Shown in pieces: positions 55,516 through 64,000 of a DNA stretch of 64,000 nt (within the stretch, counting starts at the first letter, position 1; each line of letters opens with the position of its first letter). A program made the translations under genes and the position numbers. Below the pieces are notes generated by a model. That model did not search any database. It was not told the origin of the DNA and saw only the letters and a program-made list of their open reading frames with translations. The stretch lies in sequence record NC_019401.1. One strand, given 5' to 3'.

Positions 55516-58167
55516 ATGGCTGATTTACTATCACCTGGTGCAATTGTAACAGTTACCGATGAAACTATTAGTTCCACTAGTGGTGCAGGAACAGTACCTT
55601 TGTTTGTCATCGCTACGGCACAAGACAAGCTTGTTACTGGCAGTACTTCTGTAGCTACTGGTACAACTAAAGCGAATGCTGGTCAACTAAAACTAATTAC
55701 ATCACAAAGAAATGCTCTTGAAACCTACGGTTCACCAATCTTTCAACAAAGTAATGGTTCTGTAATTCAAGGCGATGAACTTAACGAATATGGTCTACAT
55801 GCATTATACAGCTACATGGGTATCGCTAACCGTGCTTATGTAGTTCGTGCTGATATTGACCTAGCACAATTGGCTCCATCAGGAGTTGAACCAACTGGTC
55901 CAGTTACCAATGGTACTCTATGGTTAGATACAAGTACAACCCAAATCGAAGCATATGTTGCTAAGATTGCAAACCCACAAAGTTTTTATGATTGGGCTGT
56001 TAAACCAGTAACAATCGTAAGTGCAGAAGATATTGCAAATGTTAATACTTCTGGTTTAAATGTAGATGACTTAGTACTTCGTCATATTCCAAGTACTGGT
56101 CAAATGCTAATGTACAAATATGAAGCAGTTGGTCTAGTTCAAGTAGAAACTTATCTATCACCAATTAACAAAGTACCTACAGGTAATACTGTAGAAAAAG
56201 GAAACGTATGGATTCGTGATGGTTTTACCAAAAACGGTTCTAACTACTTTGGTACTCGTTTCGTTGTTAAGCGTTATGCTTCTCTAACTTCTGTTTGGAA
56301 TTTAGTAAACGTTTGGACTGGTAATAGCTTCTATGATATTGAAGCAAAAGCTGGAACATTTGATAACACCTATTTCGGTGCACTATTTGATGAAGACAGT
56401 AAGAGTTTTTCTCTTTATACAAAAGCTGGTTCTATTGCGTCAATCAGTGCTGCTGCAACTCCAATCGGACAATCAGCATCTACTCAAGCAACCGCTGTTG
56501 GTAATTTGACTTTCAAATTCTTGAACAAATCAGTAACTGTAGTTGGTGTTAAAGTGAATGATATTATCAACACTGCAACTCTAATTTCAAACCTAAACCA
56601 AAACGCACAATTAATTAATGCTGGTTTTACATTTACTGGTACTAACGCTTTAGTAGTAAGCAACAAAAATGGTTATAGCTTCCAAATTTCTGCTAGTGGA
56701 CAACAAATGTTTACAGCAAATGAATTGGCTAAACTAAGTGTTGATAGCAATAACTATGCACTAGTTAACGTTAATAACTTACGTGTTTCTTCTGTCACCC
56801 CAACTGCTAAAGCTGCAAACGGTACATACTGGTACAATTTCAGTAACTCTGATTCATTAGCTGTTACTCTTTATACCGCAAACGTAAGTACTGAAACTTG
56901 GGATAAAATTGATGAAACCAATCAGTACGTTCAACTTGATGAACCTGCTGCGGATCGTGATTTTTGGGTTCAACCACTATCACAAGGTGTTGACGGTTAT
57001 ATTTTCTACCGTAACGTAAGTGGTACATGGGTTAAACTAGATGATACAGATCAAAGTACTTTAAATGGTATGGTATTTGATGACTTTACTTCTGGTAATG
57101 TTCCAAGTGCTGAATTGTACCAAAACGGTATGCTTGCAGTTGACTTAGGTACAACTGAAGGTGTTGTTAAAGTAATGAAAAATGGTGTTTGGACTGTCGC
57201 AAGCGGTGTTGCTCTAAACGGTGCTGGCCTATTTGGTCGTGCTGCACAACGTAATATCATTGTTGAAGCTCTAGCATCTGTTGTAATCAGTAACGAAGAT
57301 ATTCGTGCTGAAAGTATTAACTTTAACTTAATTTGTGTTCCTGGTTATGTTGAATTGCTAGATGAACTAGTAACCCTAAACACCGACCGTAAAGAAACTG
57401 CATTCATCGTAACTGATGTTCCTGCACGTTTAGCACCAAACGCAACTGATGTTCAGGCATGGGCTACTAATGCTAACAATGCTGCAAGCAATGGTGAAGT
57501 TGGTCGTTTGACTGCATATCCATATGCTGCACAATATATGGGATGGTGTTTGAGCACTAACGTTGACGGTACTGAGATTGCTGTACCAGGAAGTACTGTT
57601 GCAATGCGTACCTATGCTTACAGCGATAGCGTAAGTTATGTATGGTATCCACCAGCAGGTACACAACGTGGCGTTGTAACTAATGCTGCATCTGTAGGTT
57701 TCATTAATAGCGAAGGTGAATATGCTCCAGTAGTATATAACCAAGGCCAACGTGATACCATGTACGTTAACAAAATTAACCCAATTGCAATGCGTCCAAA
57801 TCGTGGATTGCTAGTGTACGGTGATAAAACTCTAGCTGCTGATGATACATCTGCACTAAGCCGTGTAAACGTTGCTCGTCTAGTAGTTTATATTCGTCGT
57901 CAATTAGAAATTCTAGCTGAACCATTCTTATTCCGTTTAAACACCGCAAGTACTCGCCAAGAGTTTACTTCAATTGTTAACAACTTCCTAGCTGAAATTG
58001 TTCAACTAAACGGTTTGTATGACTTCCTAGTAGTTTGTGATGAATCTAACAACACAACAACTCGTATTGACCGCAATGAACTATGGATGGATATTGCACT
58101 TGTACCAACTCGTTCAATTAACTTCATCTATATTCCAATTCGTTTGGAAAATAGTTTAAATAACTAA
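55516..58167 (+). CDS. contractile tail sheath protein (gp18-like)
   Basis: LSPGAIVT, WYPPAGTQRG, KINPI, YGDKT, RVNVARL, VCDESNN, PTRSINFI. Confidence 0.95.
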   Translation: MADLLSPGAIVTVTDETISSTSGAGTVPLFVIATAQDKLVTGSTSVATGTTKANAGQLKLITSQRNALETYGSPIFQQSNGSVIQGDELNEYGLHALYSYMGIANRAYVVRADIDLAQLAPSGVEPTGPVTNGTLWLDTSTTQIEAYVAKIANPQSFYDWAVKPVTIVSAEDIANVNTSGLNVDDLVLRHIPSTGQMLMYKYEAVGLVQVETYLSPINKVPTGNTVEKGNVWIRDGFTKNGSNYFGTRFVVKRYASLTSVWNLVNVWTGNSFYDIEAKAGTFDNTYFGALFDEDSKSFSLYTKAGSIASISAAATPIGQSASTQATAVGNLTFKFLNKSVTVVGVKVNDIINTATLISNLNQNAQLINAGFTFTGTNALVVSNKNGYSFQISASGQQMFTANELAKLSVDSNNYALVNVNNLRVSSVTPTAKAANGTYWYNFSNSDSLAVTLYTANVSTETWDKIDETNQYVQLDEPAADRDFWVQPLSQGVDGYIFYRNVSGTWVKLDDTDQSTLNGMVFDDFTSGNVPSAELYQNGMLAVDLGTTEGVVKVMKNGVWTVASGVALNGAGLFGRAAQRNIIVEALASVVISNEDIRAESINFNLICVPGYVELLDELVTLNTDRKETAFIVTDVPARLAPNATDVQAWATNANNAASNGEVGRLTAYPYAAQYMGWCLSTNVDGTEIAVPGSTVAMRTYAYSDSVSYVWYPPAGTQRGVVTNAASVGFINSEGEYAPVVYNQGQRDTMYVNKINPIAMRPNRGLLVYGDKTLAADDTSALSRVNVARLVVYIRRQLEILAEPFLFRLNTASTRQEFTSIVNNFLAEIVQLNGLYDFLVVCDESNNTTTRIDRNELWMDIALVPTRSINFIYIPIRLENSLNN

Positions 58168-58170
58168 TAT

Positions 58171-58202
58171 AAAAGGAGCCTAATGGCTCCTTTTTGTTTT
58201 TT
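58171..58202 (+). terminator. rho-independent terminator
   Basis: AAAAGGAGCC-TAAT-GGCTCCTTTT plus T run. Confidence 0.85.
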
Positions 58203-58229
58203 ACAAAGGTCTTCCATACTTAGAAAGTT

Positions 58230-58237
58230 TATAAATA
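58230..58237 (+). promoter_or_regulatory. T4 late promoter consensus
   Basis: TATAAATA upstream of tail tube gene. Confidence 0.75.
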
Positions 58238-58274
58238 CATTAAAGAATATTCCTTAAATTTTGGGAGATTAATA

Positions 58275-58964
58275 ATGGCAAATTTACTGGATAAATATGG
58301 TGTTGTTATTCCTGGTGCAAGCCGTGCACCAATGAAGCAGCCAAAGCCAAAGTATCGTTTCCGTGTAGTTTTCTTCGGATTCGGAAATACTGAGGATGGC
58401 AACTATATTACATTGGATACAAATACCGTTGGTACACCAAACGTGGAGCATGAAAACGTAACTGTTCACAGTTACAACAGTTCTGCACACTATAAAGGCA
58501 AATATACATGGAACACAATTGAAGTAGCATTCCGCGATTCAGTAGGTAACATGTCATTGAAAGCCCTTTGGAACCAAATGCGTAAAGAATTTAACTACTA
58601 CTCACAAGAATCTCGTACTACTGGTTCTCAATATAAATTTGAGATGTGGATTCAAGCGTTAGACGGTTCTAACAGCGAAAATACTACAAACCTATTTGAA
58701 GGTACGTTGCATACTTGGATTTGTCAAGGTTGTTTCATTACTGATTCAAACTTTGGTGATTGGGATTACTCAAGCTCAGAAGCACAAGTTATTACCATGA
58801 CTGTACAACCAGACGGATGCGTACTAGTTGGTCCAGAAGGTCAAGCTCTTGGTGATGAAGTATCCGGTAACGGTACTCCAGAGAACTCTGTTTCTATCAC
58901 ATCTAGTCCTACGGCGATTGATTCCGGTACTCTACCAGATTCAAACTTCTACGAAGGACAATAA
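58275..58964 (+). CDS. tail tube protein (gp19-like), copy 1
   Basis: KYRFRV, KGKYTWNTIEVAFRD, DWDYSSSE; follows sheath. Confidence 0.85.
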   Translation: MANLLDKYGVVIPGASRAPMKQPKPKYRFRVVFFGFGNTEDGNYITLDTNTVGTPNVEHENVTVHSYNSSAHYKGKYTWNTIEVAFRDSVGNMSLKALWNQMRKEFNYYSQESRTTGSQYKFEMWIQALDGSNSENTTNLFEGTLHTWICQGCFITDSNFGDWDYSSSEAQVITMTVQPDGCVLVGPEGQALGDEVSGNGTPENSVSITSSPTAIDSGTLPDSNFYEGQ

Positions 58965-58971
58965 TATAAAT

Positions 58972-58997
58972 GCCCTGGACTTGTCTAGGGCTTTTTT
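58972..58997 (+). terminator. rho-independent terminator
   Basis: GCCCTGGA-CTTG-TCTAGGGC plus T run. Confidence 0.75.
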
Positions 58998-59044
58998 ATT
59001 GCTAAATATAATATACATTCCATATTAAATAGGGGAAAATATAA

Positions 59045-59821
59045 ATGGCAAATAGAATGATGGATAAGTATGGTGTTCCTCTGCCAAGTGGTCGTAATAG
59101 AACTATGAGTCAGCCTAAAGTAAAACATAAGTTTCGAGTAGTTGTATATAACTTCGGAACTGATATTGATGAGAAAGATCATGTTGCTTTAGAAGTTGAG
59201 GAAATAGACCGCCCAAGCATTTCTTTCGAAACTCACCAATTATACCAATTTGCAACCAATACATCTTATGTAGGCCGCTGGGATTGGAAACCAATTACTT
59301 TAACTATTCGTGATGCTGTAGATAACAAGGTTGCCAAATCTATTATACGTCAGCTTCAAAAACAATTAGATTTTCAGAGACGTATCTCTGCAAAATCAGA
59401 ACAATCATTTGCTGGATATAAGTTTAGAATGATGATTGAAACAACTGGTGGTGCAAACCCTGATGATTCTCTAACGAATTTAGGCCGAGACACTGCAATA
59501 GATGCTGCAACTGCTATTACAAATAATGCAGGTTTAGTAAATGCAATCGACGATTTTGTTGGTGGTAAAGGCTATAATGCCGTTAGTACTTTAGACCGTT
59601 GGGTATGCTATGGTTGTATTATTACTGATATTGAATGGGATTCATTAGATTATGGTTCTTCACAATATCTTACTATTAAGTTAACAATTAAGCCTGATAA
59701 CTGTGTTCAATATGATATGATTGAAGAAATGTATTCAGACAAAATTAGCTCACTACTACCAGATAAAGTTGACAATGCATTAGATATTGTTGATAAAATT
59801 TTTGGTGGAGCAACATTATAA
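59045..59821 (+). CDS. tail tube-like protein, copy 2
   Basis: KHKFRV, GRWDWKPITLTIRD, SLDYGSSQ; paralog of 58275. Confidence 0.8.
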   Translation: MANRMMDKYGVPLPSGRNRTMSQPKVKHKFRVVVYNFGTDIDEKDHVALEVEEIDRPSISFETHQLYQFATNTSYVGRWDWKPITLTIRDAVDNKVAKSIIRQLQKQLDFQRRISAKSEQSFAGYKFRMMIETTGGANPDDSLTNLGRDTAIDAATAITNNAGLVNAIDDFVGGKGYNAVSTLDRWVCYGCIITDIEWDSLDYGSSQYLTIKLTIKPDNCVQYDMIEEMYSDKISSLLPDKVDNALDIVDKIFGGATL

Positions 59822-59831
59822 GGAGTACTGA

Positions 59832-61384
<1,553 letters not shown>

Positions 61385-61385
61385 T

Positions 61386-61955
61386 ATGAAAGCTAAACGT
61401 GGAGTCGAAGAAGCATTAGGCTTGCCAAATTCGGAAGAATTAAAAAAACTATTAGGCGATGAGTATAATGAAGATGATTTTTACGATGACGAGGATGAAG
61501 ATATTGAAAGTACTGATATTTCTGAACTTCAAATCGATGAAGCTCGTCGTTCTATGAAGCAGTTGAAAGAATACCGTGAACAGCTAAAAGATATTCCAGA
61601 TATTACAAATCGTAAGGCACATTTAGACCGTTTAGCAAAAATGGCTGAAGATAAGTTCGAAGATATTTTTGACCGTGCTTTTAATTGTGAAGATAGATTT
61701 GCATCTGAAATGATAAATGCTGCAAATGCTATGTTAAAAATTGCATTAGATGCACATGCTAAAGTTATTGATTCAGATATTAAACTGATTGATATGCAGA
61801 TTAAGAAAGATAAGATGGAAATTGAACTTAATCAGAAGCCAAAAAATCAGCAAGCACTGGTAGATAATTCTGATCCTAATGCTATAGAAGGTGAGAAGGT
61901 AGTAGTAGTTAAGTCTCGTAATGAGCTACTTGCTTCTATGAGTAAGAATAAATAA
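61386..61955 (+). CDS. helical protein, possibly terminase small subunit-like
   Basis: coiled-coil core and C-terminal VVVKSRNELL weakly recall T4 gp16. Confidence 0.35.
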   Translation: MKAKRGVEEALGLPNSEELKKLLGDEYNEDDFYDDEDEDIESTDISELQIDEARRSMKQLKEYREQLKDIPDITNRKAHLDRLAKMAEDKFEDIFDRAFNCEDRFASEMINAANAMLKIALDAHAKVIDSDIKLIDMQIKKDKMEIELNQKPKNQQALVDNSDPNAIEGEKVVVVKSRNELLASMSKNK

Positions 61956-61982
61956 AATAAAATACTGTGACTCGGAGTTAAC

Positions 61983-62528
61983 ATGAACAAATTACAGAAA
62001 ATTTTAACAGAACTTACTCCAGAATATTCATATCGTGTAAAATTTGCGTGTGAGCCAAGCTCCGAAGAATTACATAAAGTCGTCGCTAGGCTTACAGATC
62101 GTTATGATGCTTTTGAAGTTGGTCCATTAAAGAAAACAATTTTCCAAGACCGTCCTATTGATTTTTATAATCTAGATTGTGGCGAAATTTGGATGTTCGA
62201 TTTTAAATGCCATCGTGGTGTGCAACCACAAGTACTATTGTTTGAAATCGGTAGTCTATTGAAATGGTCGGAATCATTAATTCACGTTAGAAATAATTTA
62301 GACCCATATCAGGAAGAAATTTCTGATTCTGAAGATGATATTGAATTTGATGAATACGAACCACGTCTTTTAGACCCTGAATATAAAGAAGTTCCAGAAG
62401 TTAATGCTGAGGAACTAGGTGGTCAGGGTCGTGCAGATACTGCGGTTAAAGATGCATTAGACGATTATAAAAAAGGTAAAACACCATACGCAGAATATAT
62501 GTCTGCTGGATTTGGTAAGAAGGGGTAA
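61983..62528 (+). CDS. hypothetical late protein
   Basis: 181 aa, GGAG RBS. Confidence 0.75.
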   Translation: MNKLQKILTELTPEYSYRVKFACEPSSEELHKVVARLTDRYDAFEVGPLKKTIFQDRPIDFYNLDCGEIWMFDFKCHRGVQPQVLLFEIGSLLKWSESLIHVRNNLDPYQEEISDSEDDIEFDEYEPRLLDPEYKEVPEVNAEELGGQGRADTAVKDALDDYKKGKTPYAEYMSAGFGKKG

Positions 62529-62530
62529 TC

Positions 62531-63106
62531 ATGAGTCTTTTAGAAGAAATGTTTGATGGTCAACCAGAACCATTGAATGAAAGACCTTATAGCCGTACAC
62601 AGTCAGCAATTGATTCGGCAAAAGGAAAAGTAAAAGGTTTCTTTGGTTCAGGTCAAGTTGAGCAAGGTGCTCAAGAAACTGGACAAATGGCAAACCAGTT
62701 GTGGGCTGACTTTAAACGTTATATCGGTAGAAAATATGGTTCCCATCCACAATCTGTTTCATATAGTGATGTTGCTGCGTTTTTTAAAGGTAACGATTTG
62801 GACACTTCCTTTTTAGGTAATAATGAGCGTCGTTCATTTTCTCCTAAAGATGTTGGTAATGCATTAATGCAAGCTGTTCAGAAATTGAATACCGATTATG
62901 AATATCAAAAAGAAAAACAACCAGAACAAGGTGAAGAACAACCAGAACAAGGCCAAGGCCAAGGTTCAGAACAAGGTTCAGGGGAAGGTCAGCCACAAGC
63001 TGGACAAGGCCAACCACAAGGAGCAGGTGCTGGATCATCAATTCCAGATCGTTTATCTTCATTAAGTTCTGCTGATAGAGCAAAATTACTAAGACTAATT
63101 TCTTAA
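62531..63106 (+). CDS. hypothetical protein with Q/G/E-rich linker
   Basis: 191 aa. Confidence 0.75.
   Translation: MSLLEEMFDGQPEPLNERPYSRTQSAIDSAKGKVKGFFGSGQVEQGAQETGQMANQLWADFKRYIGRKYGSHPQSVSYSDVAAFFKGNDLDTSFLGNNERRSFSPKDVGNALMQAVQKLNTDYEYQKEKQPEQGEEQPEQGQGQGSEQGSGEGQPQAGQGQPQGAGAGSSIPDRLSSLSSADRAKLLRLIS
62915..63022 (+). repeat. low-complexity coding repeats (QPEQG/QG)
   Basis: AACAACCAGAACAAGG twice and repeated CAAGG units within a CDS. Confidence 0.7.
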
Positions 63107-63118
63107 TAGGAGAAGAAT

Positions 63119-64000
63119 ATGTTTAAATCTTTAGATAATAACAATTCGATTCCAAATAATTATGTATACACTTCCAATAAAGGTACAGAATATATGTACC
63201 TTGATGGTTCATGGCTTAACTGTGAAACTATGAGTACTGTTCCTAGTACTCATAATTTTAAAATGAATGAGTCAGCAATTCGTCAGATTGCTGAACATAA
63301 CCGACATAACAAATTACAAATCGGTAAGAAATATGTCATCAAAGAATCTGAATATGTATATGTTGGTCGCAATAACTTCACATTAAACGATAACTTATTG
63401 ACAGAAAATGTAAATTCTCGTGTTAAAATGTTGGTTGAGGCTGATGCAAAATCTGAGTTTTCTAATGTAAAATTAGGCAGTACTGAAAATATCGAAATTC
63501 CAGATAAGTTTAAACTTGATGGTTATGTATACAACAAGGCGAAAAAAGCTTGGTGGGGTACTACTGATAACGGTAACGCTGGTTATATAAAAGACCAAGA
63601 ATTAATTGATGAACTTAACAAAGATTCAATTGAACGAATTAAAAAGTATAATGAAAAAGACCCATATCCAGTAGGAACAACTGTTGACTACAATGGTAAA
63701 ACTGCAATATGGAATGGTGAAGTTTTTGTTGTTCCAGGTGAAGGTGCTTACCCACCAGGATTTGCACAACAATTTGATGATTATTTTCAAAATGTTTATA
63801 AATCTGGTAATAACAATGACAGTACTGAACAACAGGATAAAGAAGATACCGTGAATACCTCTGACAATTCAAATACTAATGAACCACAAAATACAGGTTC
63901 AACAAGTAGTACTGAAGTTCCTAACGGATTTGTGTATCAATCTGGAAAAGGCAAAAGTTATTACAAGAAAAATGGTCGCTGGTTCTCAAGTGAAACCAAA
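63119..64000 (+). CDS. partial CDS running off the window end (not in ORF track)
   Basis: ATG 63119 with AGGAG RBS, open to 64000; internal repeat IPNNYVYTSNKGTEY...W / VPNGFVYQSGKGKSY...W. Confidence 0.8.
   Translation, partial: MFKSLDNNNSIPNNYVYTSNKGTEYMYLDGSWLNCETMSTVPSTHNFKMNESAIRQIAEHNRHNKLQIGKKYVIKESEYVYVGRNNFTLNDNLLTENVNSRVKMLVEADAKSEFSNVKLGSTENIEIPDKFKLDGYVYNKAKKAWWGTTDNGNAGYIKDQELIDELNKDSIERIKKYNEKDPYPVGTTVDYNGKTAIWNGEVFVVPGEGAYPPGFAQQFDDYFQNVYKSGNNNDSTEQQDKEDTVNTSDNSNTNEPQNTGSTSSTEVPNGFVYQSGKGKSYYKKNGRWFSSETK

Noticed and set aside
62915-63022. Short direct repeats as a CRISPR-like or regulatory array
   Set aside because: Irregular, in-frame and encode a Q/G/E-rich linker; no constant repeat with unique spacers anywhere in the window.

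Overview
A 64 kb segment of an AT-rich (about 33% GC by eye) T4-related jumbo myophage of Enterobacterales, most like the RaK2/GAP32/PBECO4-type jumbo phages. That assignment is inferred from gene content, not from a database search. All credible genes are on the + strand. The window holds counter-defence and nucleotide/NAD/RNA-repair genes (Acb1-like 2H phosphodiesterase, Sir2, Nudix-receiver fusion, MazG domains, macrodomain, Thg1, CCA-adding enzyme, RNA ligase, Ro/TROVE-like vWA protein), translation genes (TyrRS, GroES, HPF, YqeY, Pth2-like), nucleotide metabolism (NrdD/NrdG, thymidine kinase, dNMP kinase, glutaredoxin), two DNA methyltransferases, lysis genes (spanins, LysM-lysozyme), a WcaM-like colanidase, three paralogous ~900 aa virion proteins and the start of the neck/sheath/tube module. 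No tRNA, rRNA or CRISPR array was found. The strongest unexplained signals are: (1) the palindrome AGTACT occurs about 160 times by hand count (about 1 per 400 bp, versus about 20-25 expected), a possible HIP1-like self-marking system with a candidate cognate methyltransferase in the window; (2) a ~600 nt ORF-free, promoter-driven, hairpin-rich region at 36741-37360 that looks like a large ncRNA; (3) two perfect FNR consensus boxes, one before nrdD and one in a small ORF-less transcription unit; (4) a recurring design in which late promoters overlap anti-Shine-Dalgarno stems.
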